From positions 7,708 through 71,707 of the IMG/VR virus record IMGVR_UViG_3300043434_000833: 64,000 bases of DNA. One strand, written 5' to 3'. The position numbers and the translations under genes are program-made. The notes below the pieces were generated by a model. The model searched no databases, was not told the DNA's origin, and saw nothing but the letters and a program-made list of their open reading frames with translations. Shown piece after piece: positions 17,894 through 28,088 of the stretch. Within the stretch, counting starts at the first letter, position 1, and each line of letters starts with the position of its first letter. This DNA comes from a virus.

Positions 17894-20619
17894 AAATATA
17901 TCATTTGTAAAGAATTATTCGAACCCATAAACAATAGGTAAGAATTAAATCCAAGTTTATTAAGTCTTTGTATTAAATTATTTCTCAAGTCCTCGTCACG
18001 ATTGAAGTGACTATGATGGTACTCCATTGCAATGGTTTTTACCTTACCTAAATTCTCATCACTAATACCAGCAAAGGCGGCGTGTTCTGCACCCTCAATA
18101 TCCACCTTTAAAAAATCTATTTTATCAACTAAACCACTGTCAAAAAGGTAGTTCAACGTGTACGTTCTGACACTGTAACCTTCTTTATCTTGATAACCAA
18201 ATACATTCGACCCACCTAAGTGGTCACTTTCATATAAATTCAATTCCCCGATTTCGTGACTAACAGCCGCATTGAAAATTACTGATTTGGGATTTGCGTT
18301 TAACGATAATAATTTAAAGTATCTTCTATCAGGCTCAAATGAAATAACTTTACTCGCCCCTTGGCTATATGCCCATCTATTGAAGATACCCATATTACCA
18401 CCTAAATCCACCACCACGTCACCTTCGTGAATTTGTTTGACATTCCTGTCTTTGTAGTAATCATATAGGTTAAAAATTTCGTGGTAGATTGCTCGGGCCC
18501 ATCCATATTTCTCCGCAATTTCAATAGTCCCACCTTCAATATTTTTAATATCCCCTAAATTTTCTAATTTATATGTATTAACATCCAACGATGTATAAAA
18601 CTTCTCGGATTTATAAAAACTATCATCTCGTTTCATCTTAATAAAATCCACCATAAAGTCGGACATCTGTGCATTCTTGTTACCGTGAAAATAAAGAATT
18701 TGGTTCTTATCTTTTGGTATCACTTGGTACCCAAAAATTCTATTAAAATTCTGTGGACCTTCTTCGTTCCAAAACTTTAAAAAATGATGTTGTGTTTCAT
18801 TGGTCATTCCATCATCACCATCATACGATGATGTGTCAAAGTTTGATAATGGTAAATGTTTTTTAAAATTATATTTCCATCTCATTACGTTATCAATTCC
18901 CTCGTCGTTCCATAGATATAGACGTTTATAGTCGTTAGGATTAGTTTCCATTATGGTAACATAATGACTAACAATTTCCTCAAACCACCATTTACATTCT
19001 TTATTGAACACGTACATACAAACGTGCATATATGGTTGTGATTTTCTTACTCCCCATTCATTTGCAACTTGTTCATTGAATAGTTGTGATTTGTTACCAT
19101 TATTGTACCAACCAAAGAATTCTTCTTGTACGTGAATGTCGGATATCGGATAATTTTCAATTTCAGAAAAATACTTTTTAATTTCGTCAACGTTGTAATT
19201 AACGACAACATCACCATCTAACCAAACATAATTATCAAAACCTTCATTCAATGATTCAATACAAGCCCATTGTTTCCAATACCATTTATCGTGTTCCGAA
19301 ATTTTAGGCGTGGTTATTGTTCGTTTAATGACGTTTGGATAATCAAAAGGTACTTCACAATCAACACCATAAACAATAATTTTTCTCTTAGAGAATTCCA
19401 TTAACGATTGTACTAACTTCTCAATAACCGGCATATAACCAATATTACCAGTTGTTATAAATGCGAAATCATTAAATCTATTTTCCAATAAATCTGACGC
19501 ACCTTTAGCGATAGTGTCCCAATTAAAATCTTTGTGTATTCTCTTTGAATCCTCACGTGATGTAATCCACATTGCCGTATCATAATCATAAGCTTGACGC
19601 ATTTTCCATCTCAAGTCGTCCCAATCAGGTTCACAATAATCACCCGGAAAATCTTTATGTTCGTGATTGGCGGGTGTTAAACCTTTAACTGAGACAGGTA
19701 CACCTTTATCTAAAGTGAATTGTAGTTGACCCCCCCAATCCGAATATAGTGATGGTGTTCCACAAGCCATCGCCTCAATCAACGGTAAATTCCAACCCTC
19801 ACTTCTTGCACAAGAAATGAATGCGTGTGCAGTCTGTAAATAATTTACATATTCCTCTTGTGATGGGAACTTAACAAACTTAATATTCTTAGTGTCAATA
19901 CCGTAGTGTTCAATTCTTTCCTCCGTAGTTTTTAACCCATCAGAAGGATAAGGATTCTCAACTGATGCGATTAATTCAATATCATCTTGGTCTTTAAATT
20001 CTTCCGCAAATGCTTGTAATATTTCGGTTGTCCCCTTTCTCCATTCCCATCTACCAAACATTACAAACCGTGTTTTATCTCTCTTAGGGTATTTTTTAAT
20101 TGGTTTGTATAAATCAACATCAACCCCCTCTGGCACAATTGAAATTTTTTCCTTTGGGTATCCTTGTTCAACTAAACAATCAAATTGCCATTGTGATGGA
20201 ACCCATACCTCATCAAAGTAAAATAGACGTCTAAAGAATTGTTCTGGGTATCTTGTAGATTCCCATACATTATAAGCGATTTTATACCCGTCGTAATTTT
20301 GATAGAAGTAATGATTATTGGTTTCAGCTAATATAATATGAACATCAGGTTTAAAATCCCCTTTGTAATCGTACATTGGATAATCCGACCTACTATTATC
20401 ATTATTAAAAAGAGTTTGAAGGATTAACATATCTTTCATCTCATCGGTGATATAAGACTCATCATCGTGAGGTGTGTTATTCATACCTTTCCAACCCTTA
20501 CCGATTGTTGAATTTCTTACCTTAACTGTGTGGTATTTGTTAAGTGCACAAAAAAAAGACTTTGCGTGATTGGCATATCCCGTTGTGCCAATAAATGAAG
20601 TGTGAGCTAATATATTCAT
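17884..20619 (-). CDS. Three-domain fusion: GT4 + GT-A (DXD) + FkbM methyltransferase
   Basis: SEGWNLPLIEAMACG; WKQ...WLDGD; DLGGNMGIF...FEP...LKVDIEGAE. Confidence 0.88.
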   Translation of the reverse strand: MNILAHTSFIGTTGYANHAKSFFCALNKYHTVKVRNSTIGKGWKGMNNTPHDDESYITDEMKDMLILQTLFNNDNSRSDYPMYDYKGDFKPDVHIILAETNNHYFYQNYDGYKIAYNVWESTRYPEQFFRRLFYFDEVWVPSQWQFDCLVEQGYPKEKISIVPEGVDVDLYKPIKKYPKRDKTRFVMFGRWEWRKGTTEILQAFAEEFKDQDDIELIASVENPYPSDGLKTTEERIEHYGIDTKNIKFVKFPSQEEYVNYLQTAHAFISCARSEGWNLPLIEAMACGTPSLYSDWGGQLQFTLDKGVPVSVKGLTPANHEHKDFPGDYCEPDWDDLRWKMRQAYDYDTAMWITSREDSKRIHKDFNWDTIAKGASDLLENRFNDFAFITTGNIGYMPVIEKLVQSLMEFSKRKIIVYGVDCEVPFDYPNVIKRTITTPKISEHDKWYWKQWACIESLNEGFDNYVWLDGDVVVNYNVDEIKKYFSEIENYPISDIHVQEEFFGWYNNGNKSQLFNEQVANEWGVRKSQPYMHVCMYVFNKECKWWFEEIVSHYVTIMETNPNDYKRLYLWNDEGIDNVMRWKYNFKKHLPLSNFDTSSYDGDDGMTNETQHHFLKFWNEEGPQNFNRIFGYQVIPKDKNQILYFHGNKNAQMSDFMVDFIKMKRDDSFYKSEKFYTSLDVNTYKLENLGDIKNIEGGTIEIAEKYGWARAIYHEIFNLYDYYKDRNVKQIHEGDVVVDLGGNMGIFNRWAYSQGASKVISFEPDRRYFKLLSLNANPKSVIFNAAVSHEIGELNLYESDHLGGSNVFGYQDKEGYSVRTYTLNYLFDSGLVDKIDFLKVDIEGAEHAAFAGISDENLGKVKTIAMEYHHSHFNRDEDLRNNLIQRLNKLGFNSYLLFMGSNNSLQMIYFWK

Positions 20620-20624
20620 ATACC

Positions 20625-20655
20625 ATAATATATCAAAAAATATTTAAAAAATCAA
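20625..20655 (-). promoter_or_regulatory. -33/-7 type promoter
   Basis: TTG-N20-TATATTAT, 5 nt before ATG. Confidence 0.55.
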
Positions 20656-21368
20656 CATATTCGTGACATATACCTCTTTAAATTTGGGTGAATTTTGGTT
20701 AAGTTTATTTGCTTCTCATATGGTAACATTGAAATTTTAAAATCGTTTTCAGGTTTGAATGTTGGTTTATAATCCATTATTTCGAAAGGGAACTCAATAA
20801 TAAAATCGTAAATCAAATTCCAATACTTTTTATCGGGTAACTTGTTTGAGTGTCCTTTAATTTGGACTATCGTATGTTTAACTAAATCAAAAACAATAAT
20901 AATATGGCTGATGTTATTTAAATCCGTAGATTCCCTCAATTCAAATGTTGTGTTACCGTACCTTACTCGTCCACAATCTTTCATTCTAATCATAGACTCA
21001 ATACAGAATAACTTCCCAATATCGACCCAATAATAACCGATACCGTTATTTCGATAATCACATACAATTTTATTTTTATCGGTAAAATTATATGTATTAT
21101 ATTTTTCTTTATAGTCATTGTACCATCTTTCCCAAATTGGTATGATATTATTTAAAGGAATGTTATTTATATCACCATATGTAATATCATCATTAGAGTC
21201 GATGTAATTACATAATGCAAAAATGACATTATTTAATTCTACTTTAGAAAAGTTATTTAAATCATTGATATCCGTTTTTAATTTATTCAATACTATTAAT
21301 CCGATTTCTTCCCCCAACATTTTAATAATATCGCCTTTTCGTTTTAATAAATTTTTTAACGTTATCAT
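20652..21368 (-). CDS. Hypothetical protein (PcfJ-like C-terminal segment)
   Basis: MKDCG...IVQIKGHSNKLP reminiscent of PcfJ-like domains; weak. Confidence 0.45.
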   Translation of the reverse strand: MITLKNLLKRKGDIIKMLGEEIGLIVLNKLKTDINDLNNFSKVELNNVIFALCNYIDSNDDITYGDINNIPLNNIIPIWERWYNDYKEKYNTYNFTDKNKIVCDYRNNGIGYYWVDIGKLFCIESMIRMKDCGRVRYGNTTFELRESTDLNNISHIIIVFDLVKHTIVQIKGHSNKLPDKKYWNLIYDFIIEFPFEIMDYKPTFKPENDFKISMLPYEKQINLTKIHPNLKRYMSRIC

Positions 21369-22024
21369 ATTATTTTTTTAGATTGTGATAATGAGTACAA
21401 ATAATGTGCAAAATTGAAGTGTCCATTAAATGAGAAATGTGTATCATTTATTGTCCCTTGTGTATGGTCTTTTATTGTTTGAAAAGACCTATATATATTA
21501 TCATCATCTTCTAAAGACCACATAAAGAAAAATTTAATTTTTTTATCTTTTTTAAATCTGTCTCTTATGTAATTAAAACGTTTTTTATGTCTATCTTTAT
21601 AAAATTGGTGATTAGAGAAATGGTATTGGAAATTAACAATTGATTCAATAATCTCATTATTTTCTTTTTCGGCATCACTACTTAATATCTTATCCGCACG
21701 TTCATACATCGATAATACGTTATGAACATTGTCACCTATTGGTACGTCGATTCTCCCAAAAAGTGTCATATTAATGATTACAATATCATTTTTATCAATA
21801 TCATCATAGTTGTCTAAGATACTATCAAAAATGTAATCATTTGATGCACCGTTTTTACCTAAATTTTTTACACTATAATTTAACAACTTACTTAAATGAT
21901 TTGGCCATATATCGTCACCTTCCTTTTTGAATTTTTGATAATCTTCACGTGTATTCGAAGGGCAATTATTATTACAACCGTGACCAAAAGTCATTGAATC
22001 CCCAAATGTCCAAAGTGTGTTCAT
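21365..22024 (-). CDS. SGNH/GDSL-like acyltransferase or esterase
   Basis: FGDSMTFG, NLGKNGASN, DTHFS. Confidence 0.75.
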   Translation of the reverse strand: MNTLWTFGDSMTFGHGCNNNCPSNTREDYQKFKKEGDDIWPNHLSKLLNYSVKNLGKNGASNDYIFDSILDNYDDIDKNDIVIINMTLFGRIDVPIGDNVHNVLSMYERADKILSSDAEKENNEIIESIVNFQYHFSNHQFYKDRHKKRFNYIRDRFKKDKKIKFFFMWSLEDDDNIYRSFQTIKDHTQGTINDTHFSFNGHFNFAHYLYSLSQSKKII

Positions 22025-22572
22025 TAAATAATGGTTTTTATTTTCTTTTCATTAAACTCCTTATTGTTAGTATGAATGTACATATCAAAAAGTGTTTGTT
22101 TTAAATCAATATTCAAATAATGACAAATTTCGATTAATTCTTCGCTAGGTGTGTCAGTGTATATATCCTCATAAAAAAAGATTTTTTTATCTTTAGTTAT
22201 TTCATCAAAAACACTATTCCAAGATTCTATATTTTTTTTTGCCACGACATCACTAACTTCTTTAGTTAAATCTGGTTGTTGAAAATCAGACATAGATTTT
22301 ATCGTTTCGTTAATGTTTCTTCGTTTAATATATATTACCTTATCAAAATAACCGATAATTCTTTTTGAATGCTCAAACATAGTTTCACCATTTTTAAATA
22401 ATAAATTATCAGTCAATACCGTTTTCACAACACATTTATCACCCCAAATGAAATCGATAGTTTTTTTAAATGGTTCATACGATGAATGGTAATTAGATGA
22501 GACCGATAAACGTATAAAATTAAATAAACTACTGGTTCCCGATCTCGGCATACCAAATATCAATATCTTCAT
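22024..22572 (-). CDS. Sulfotransferase-like protein
   Basis: GMPRSGTS 5'-PSB loop, EPF, IKRRN...S, YED. Confidence 0.7.
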   Translation of the reverse strand: MKILIFGMPRSGTSSLFNFIRLSVSSNYHSSYEPFKKTIDFIWGDKCVVKTVLTDNLLFKNGETMFEHSKRIIGYFDKVIYIKRRNINETIKSMSDFQQPDLTKEVSDVVAKKNIESWNSVFDEITKDKKIFFYEDIYTDTPSEELIEICHYLNIDLKQTLFDMYIHTNNKEFNEKKIKTII

Positions 22573-23270
22573 TAAATTAATGTTTTTTTAATTAAAAATC
22601 GACCAGTTATTGTTTTTTCTGCCATATGACAAAGTCCATTTTCATTTAAATCATCGTATGATGGATTTTCATTAAATAAATAATTCACCTCATTAAAGTA
22701 TGTGTTAACATACTGTTGGTTTAATGTGATTGGGGGTACGTCATTATATCTTTTTGTGAAAAAATCATAATTATCATCAATAACGTTTATAACATCAAGA
22801 TAAGCACAATTTATTTTAGTAAATTGTTCGGTGGCTATTATTGATGTGTTGTTTAATTCATTTATTTGAGTGTCGTCATTAAGATACTTTTTAAAAATTT
22901 CCGTAAAAGTCTCAACTTGGTTTTCATCAATTTTACGTTTATAACATACATTTAATTGTTCCGATTTTATAAGTTTAATTAATTTATCAAAATCTTCTAT
23001 AATTAAATCATTATCTAAATGTATGAAAGGTTTATTTATTAATGATAACACTTTTAATTTTGGATAAGACCATAATGTATTAATTTTAAATCGATTATCG
23101 ATGTCAAACGGTTCCCATTTATAATCTAATTTGGTATTTAAAAAATAATTTTTGTCAGAATAAATTGTCGGTATTACTCCGGTTTTATTTAAATTAAAAA
23201 TTGTATATTTTAAATAAATTTCGGTTATTTCTTTTAATCTAACAGGTAAATAGGTGAATATTACATCCAT
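22572..23270 (-). CDS. DUF6734-like GT-A fold protein
   Basis: LWSYPKL...KPFIHLDND. Confidence 0.6.
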   Translation of the reverse strand: MDVIFTYLPVRLKEITEIYLKYTIFNLNKTGVIPTIYSDKNYFLNTKLDYKWEPFDIDNRFKINTLWSYPKLKVLSLINKPFIHLDNDLIIEDFDKLIKLIKSEQLNVCYKRKIDENQVETFTEIFKKYLNDDTQINELNNTSIIATEQFTKINCAYLDVINVIDDNYDFFTKRYNDVPPITLNQQYVNTYFNEVNYLFNENPSYDDLNENGLCHMAEKTITGRFLIKKTLI

Positions 23271-24517
23271 TATATGAGTGGTTGTTTTTCTGTTATTTCT
23301 TTTTTAAATCCCTTAATAACTATATCTAATAATGAATTATCATTCTCAATCATTTTAATTAATTTTAAATGTGCCAAATCTGACCAATTCTTACATAATT
23401 TGAAATTATTTTCAAAATCTTTCATAAATGTTTGTACAAAATTAGCAAACAATTTACCATTTGTTTTACATTTTAATGATTCACCGTAAAATGGATGTGG
23501 AGGTAAATCTAACATTTTTTGTAAGATTTGTAGTGGATACTCGTGTGTTGAGATAAATGGTATACCTGATAATATTAAAATAAATGTTTTTTCCGAAAGG
23601 TACTGTGAAGTAAACTGATATCTACTCCAAGACCAACTTTCACAAAGAATTTGCATCTTTGCCTTTGGTAATACTCTGAAAAACATATCCATATAACCTT
23701 TATGGTTATCTATATATGTTAAATCAGAAAAATCATTATTACCAACAACTGAATTTGTATTTATATGGTTTAACAAATTCGTATTTTCTAAATAATCTGG
23801 GTTCTTTAATGAATCACTTCTTTGTATTAAAATTTTATTATTCTTAATTTTATCTAATTCGATAGCAATTTCTACCCTATTTTTTTTATGATTCTTAAAA
23901 CTATACATTAAATCATAATCAAAATTTAGTTTATCGTAAATTTGTTTAAATTCATAAAACCATCTGATTCCAATAATTTCATTCCATTGAAACACCGTAT
24001 TAGTTAATGAATAGTATAAATTAGAGTGCTTTGTTTCGATGTAATCATTTAAAAATATGTTGTCGGTCACAACATAATGATTACCTAAATCATTTAATAA
24101 GTTTTCAATTTCCAACCACTTATCATTTTGATTGAAGGTATCGTTAGTTTGTAAAATCTTTTCCGTTCTAAAATACGTTATTATCCATTTTTGATTTACA
24201 GGAACGTATTTTAATAAATTATTATAAATGGTTAAGATTTGTTGAGTTTCTCTTTCCATATAATGATTATCTCTTTCTATGTGTCCAATTTTAGGGTCTT
24301 CTTGACCATAAAAAAGTGCCGTAAAATAATCTAATAAATGAAAACCGTCATTCTCAAAACTGATTTCTTGTTTAAAAATAAATTCTATATTTGTGTTTTT
24401 GTATTTACAAAATACACTACCTACTTTATCGGTGATAAAAAATCGTCTCTCAGTTGTGTTATGAGCAATTTTATAAAAAATAGATTTATTATAGTAATGA
24501 TGGATATAAAATTTCAC
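23270..24517 (-). CDS. Putative GT10-like glycosyltransferase (divergent paralogue)
   Basis: QILCES...YLSEKTF...GIPFI motif shared with five other ORFs here. Confidence 0.5.
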   Translation of the reverse strand: MKFYIHHYYNKSIFYKIAHNTTERRFFITDKVGSVFCKYKNTNIEFIFKQEISFENDGFHLLDYFTALFYGQEDPKIGHIERDNHYMERETQQILTIYNNLLKYVPVNQKWIITYFRTEKILQTNDTFNQNDKWLEIENLLNDLGNHYVVTDNIFLNDYIETKHSNLYYSLTNTVFQWNEIIGIRWFYEFKQIYDKLNFDYDLMYSFKNHKKNRVEIAIELDKIKNNKILIQRSDSLKNPDYLENTNLLNHINTNSVVGNNDFSDLTYIDNHKGYMDMFFRVLPKAKMQILCESWSWSRYQFTSQYLSEKTFILILSGIPFISTHEYPLQILQKMLDLPPHPFYGESLKCKTNGKLFANFVQTFMKDFENNFKLCKNWSDLAHLKLIKMIENDNSLLDIVIKGFKKEITEKQPLI

Positions 24518-25036
24518 CTATATTATTTTTTTAACATATTTGTTTCTGTCACCCTTTCTCAAACGACTTTCATCATTTGGATTGTATAAATCTTCATAAT
24601 ATGTTATAGGAATATCTAATTCATTTGATAAAGTGTTCAATATCTCATTCCATTTAATTATGTTATTATTACATAACTCATCAATCGGTGTTGGTTCCCA
24701 TAAATAAGGGTCATTCGATGTAAATCCGTTTTTTCGATTGTACACCGAGTATGCGTGACTTTCAGCACAAGCTTTTAAATCTTTTCTACTTAATAATATA
24801 ATTTCATCAAATAATTTTGAAAATTTAATTACCCAATCAATGTAGTTATCGCAATTTTCAGGTTTTTGTACATCAACAATTGTTTTTAAAACAATGTTAT
24901 CCATATTATCCTTATATGTAACTCGATTGGTTCCATCGAAAGGTTCAAATAAGGGTCTTAAATTTTTGGAATTTGCAATTGAATGTAATAAAGATGTTGA
25001 TCCAGTTCTTGGTAACGAAATGATTAATATTCTCAT
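24518..25036 (-). CDS. Sulfotransferase-like protein
   Basis: SLPRTGSTS, FEPF, LLSRKD...S, YEDL. Confidence 0.72.
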   Translation of the reverse strand: MRILIISLPRTGSTSLLHSIANSKNLRPLFEPFDGTNRVTYKDNMDNIVLKTIVDVQKPENCDNYIDWVIKFSKLFDEIILLSRKDLKACAESHAYSVYNRKNGFTSNDPYLWEPTPIDELCNNNIIKWNEILNTLSNELDIPITYYEDLYNPNDESRLRKGDRNKYVKKII

Positions 25037-25602
25037 AGTAAAGTATTGTTAACTTTTAGTTTCGGATAATTAAAATCAGTCTCCGTCATCCAAATATTTA
25101 AAGCAAATCTATTTCCCTTGGTCACCGGTAACACTCCGTGATAAGTTTGTGAACCATTAAATGATATTAAATCACCCAATTTAAGGTTAAATGTTTCTAT
25201 ACTATCTAACGTTTCAAAATGAAATGATGGGTTTTTATCTTTACATAAAGCAAATTGACCTCCTTCATAACCATCCGATAAAACAATAACAGTTGTTAGT
25301 TCACTTGTTTTATCTTTATGTAAACTAAGATAGCGACCATTGTAGTAAGACGTTAAACTAATATTAAAATTTTTTAATTTAAAATCTCCGTAATTGAACC
25401 ATAATTTAAATTCATTACTTGTATATTTCTCAGTTAATCTGTTAATTATTTCTTGTTTAAAGGAGTCATCATAAATGCGTCTACAATCCCAAGATTCTGA
25501 TGGGTTATATGAAAAGGGTTCTCCGTATTCTAAACAAAAATCAATAATTGATTTAGACTCATTTTTGTCACAAAACCCACTATTAATCGAATACTCAATC
25601 AT
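25033..25602 (-). CDS. 2OG-Fe(II) oxygenase (prolyl-hydroxylase-like)
   Basis: HKD, YEGG, HGVLPV.KG.R facial triad and Arg. Confidence 0.85.
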   Translation of the reverse strand: MIEYSINSGFCDKNESKSIIDFCLEYGEPFSYNPSESWDCRRIYDDSFKQEIINRLTEKYTSNEFKLWFNYGDFKLKNFNISLTSYYNGRYLSLHKDKTSELTTVIVLSDGYEGGQFALCKDKNPSFHFETLDSIETFNLKLGDLISFNGSQTYHGVLPVTKGNRFALNIWMTETDFNYPKLKVNNTLL

Positions 25603-25633
25603 AAAAATTTAATTTTAATACTGTTGTAACTAA

Positions 25634-26368
25634 CTATATGATTGACTTAGTTCTTTTGACCGAACCATCAATATACTTATCAACGAATTCAACTAATTCA
25701 GGTGTTCGTGTTACGGCACAATAATCTAATTTAGTTTTATTTTTGTACATTAACTTAAATTCAATATTTAATTTTTTTGACATATATTCTTCAAGTTCTG
25801 TTAATTTATCAAAACTAAATTGTTTGACATTCACTTTGTCATTTGTTATCCATTGATATTGTGAAACAAAACTAAAAATATGTAATTCATACTGCTCGAT
25901 GAATTCTTCGTCTATTGGGTGTTCTTTTGATATCTCTAATTTATCAAGTAATTTAATAAGTAATGACCTTCTTGTTTTTCGTGAATTGTAAGCCATACTA
26001 AATTCCTGATAATTATCTTTTATAAAACTTATCACAAAATCATTTCCGATATTTTTTATTTTTTTACTTAACTCATCACTAATTGAATGAGTTAATAACT
26101 CAATAAAATATTTCCAAGCCGATATGAACCTATCAGTAGAATCCCTAATGATACTTATATATTCAAAATTTGTACCAAATCTATCTACAATTTGATTTAT
26201 AGTTGAATGGAGGTGCTTTTGTGGATTTTTACTACCTAACTTTATAGAATTTTCCCAAATTTTACTTGGGTATTTTAAATCTAAACCATAATTAATACAA
26301 GTATCCTCAACTGACCAAGAGGCGTTTTTTGGTATTGGTATGAATACCACTTTATCATTAATAATCAT
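25634..26368 (-). CDS. Sulfotransferase family 2
   Basis: FIPIPKNAS, IIRD..DRFISAW. Confidence 0.8.
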   Translation of the reverse strand: MIINDKVVFIPIPKNASWSVEDTCINYGLDLKYPSKIWENSIKLGSKNPQKHLHSTINQIVDRFGTNFEYISIIRDSTDRFISAWKYFIELLTHSISDELSKKIKNIGNDFVISFIKDNYQEFSMAYNSRKTRRSLLIKLLDKLEISKEHPIDEEFIEQYELHIFSFVSQYQWITNDKVNVKQFSFDKLTELEEYMSKKLNIEFKLMYKNKTKLDYCAVTRTPELVEFVDKYIDGSVKRTKSII

Positions 26369-26378
26369 TTATTTTTTT

Positions 26379-26495
26379 TTATTGTGTCACATCCGCATAA
26401 ATAAGTGTTGCCACTTCTTGCATTATGCTGGCAACATTAGTATTAGTTGTTGAATCGGTTAATACGATTTCACTTAAAATTATTTTCGGTTTCAT
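26379..26495 (-). CDS. Small 38-aa ORF downstream of Hint-fusion gene
   Basis: Not in ORF track; MKPKIILSEIVLTDSTTNTNVASIMQEVATLIYADVTQ fills the gap. Confidence 0.55.
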   Translation of the reverse strand: MKPKIILSEIVLTDSTTNTNVASIMQEVATLIYADVTQ

Positions 26496-26519
26496 ATTAT
26501 ATTATGTTATATTTAAAAT

Positions 26520-28049
26520 TTATACTTTACCTCCTTGATCACAGAAACTACAAGCACTACAATACCAAGTGGCACACATATAAGATGCACACCACGACGC
26601 ACAAATACCGTTGTGTTGGACAAACGCCAAACCTAATGTCTCATCTGCCATAAGTAAGAAGATGTCATTTGTTTCCACGTTTAAATCGTATATAGTACGA
26701 GTAATATAAATAACGTCTAAGTCAACAATTTTTGATTTGGTTAATGTATTGTTCACATAATCAAAAAATACTATAGAATCGTTTATTCTAAATCTATTGG
26801 TGTATGCAAATGTTGTTTCTAAAGTATCATATTCTTCAATCATCATTGCACTTCCTGGTAAATCTTCATAAACTATACCATTTTCCAAAGTAACTCTAAT
26901 CATCAACGATTCTTTTACTTGACTACCTAAGTCAATAACCGTTGACGACCCTACTGAAAATGATGTTAAATCAGCAGATAAGGTTCCTGAATTCACATCA
27001 TTAACATAAAGAATTTCTCCCGTTTCAGATGTTTCATTTTCCGGAACCCACGTTAAACCAATCGTTTTAACGGTGTCATTTACCAAAATTTGATTTGGGT
27101 ACTTGAATGTTCCGTCAGAAAAAAGAATAGGTGTGTCGTCGTCTAAGATATATCCAGGACCCATTCTTGTGGTTGGGGATTTACTCATCCATAATGGTCT
27201 GGCGTTTTGGTTCATTTTACCATTAGAATCATATGTTGTTTCCCAACTATTTGATTTAACAGGTGATGTCATTATATATGACCCTAAATGTAAACAATTA
27301 AGGTTACCACCATATAAAATGTCTAAACTTCTTATTACCCCCATTTTTTCATTAGCAATATTATCTGGATGAGTATGGTATTCTTCCATATATTCAGACT
27401 CACTTAATGAACTTTTTAAAGTCTGTAATGATTCTAAAGATGTAATTTTATAAAATTTCGGATAAGCAACATAATTGGTATTTGGAAATCTAGTTTTAAC
27501 TATATAGTTTGGTGCATTACCATCTGTGGTGTGAAGTGCGTTTAATTGGTCTATATTCAAATCCGGTGTAGTATTAGAATTATAATACACGTTAGGTGAA
27601 TATTCTTCATTTTGGATTAATTTGTGAAAATTAACCTTATCTTTTGTATATTCTTCATCAACGACAGCGGTTGTGTCATAAGAAGTTCTAATTATCAAAA
27701 TTCCGTCCCCATCTTCAACATATGGTACCGTAACTGAGTTTTTAGCAACTTCATAATGTGTGAACGTACCGTTAATTTCGGACATTATAGTCGACATCTT
27801 ATCTTTTAAGCTAATATTTACGGTAACAGTATCAAATACGTTATCTAATTCACTACTAAGAAAATTACCGTCTGTCGATATAAAATGTAGGTTCGTTATT
27901 GAATTATCCAATAAAAATTGTTTAAACGATACCCAATCTAAATCTGGCACTATTGAGTTATGGACATCAACGTTCGTGTTAGTCTCAATTATTCGTAAAT
28001 TACCGTCAGAATCCTTTAAGAAGTCCGTTCCAAGTATGAGTGCTTTCAT
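26520..28049 (-). CDS. Circularly permuted ATP-grasp-like domain + Hint domain + C-terminal six-Cys peptide
   Basis: GTDF..D.DG...IETNTN, YIVK..P, YMEEY; Hint block A ILDDDTPILFSDG...ILVNDTV, block F IYDLNV, terminal HN, then GICASWCASYMCATWYCSACSFCDQGGKV. Confidence 0.7.
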   Translation of the reverse strand: MKALILGTDFLKDSDGNLRIIETNTNVDVHNSIVPDLDWVSFKQFLLDNSITNLHFISTDGNFLSSELDNVFDTVTVNISLKDKMSTIMSEINGTFTHYEVAKNSVTVPYVEDGDGILIIRTSYDTTAVVDEEYTKDKVNFHKLIQNEEYSPNVYYNSNTTPDLNIDQLNALHTTDGNAPNYIVKTRFPNTNYVAYPKFYKITSLESLQTLKSSLSESEYMEEYHTHPDNIANEKMGVIRSLDILYGGNLNCLHLGSYIMTSPVKSNSWETTYDSNGKMNQNARPLWMSKSPTTRMGPGYILDDDTPILFSDGTFKYPNQILVNDTVKTIGLTWVPENETSETGEILYVNDVNSGTLSADLTSFSVGSSTVIDLGSQVKESLMIRVTLENGIVYEDLPGSAMMIEEYDTLETTFAYTNRFRINDSIVFFDYVNNTLTKSKIVDLDVIYITRTIYDLNVETNDIFLLMADETLGLAFVQHNGICASWCASYMCATWYCSACSFCDQGGKV

Positions 28050-28070
28050 ATTATTATTTTTTCTTTTTAT

Positions 28071-28078
28071 TATAAATA
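28071..28078 (-). promoter_or_regulatory. TATTTATA putative late promoter
   Basis: 21 nt upstream of ATG 28049, same spacing as at tail-fibre gene. Confidence 0.5.
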
Positions 28079-28088
28079 TAGATATTCT

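Noticed and set aside
26610-27152. Canonical splicing intein in the 509-aa protein
   Set aside because: Cys1/Ser1 is Ile, no TxxH, +1 residue is Gly and no endonuclease domain is visible; only C-terminal cleavage is plausible
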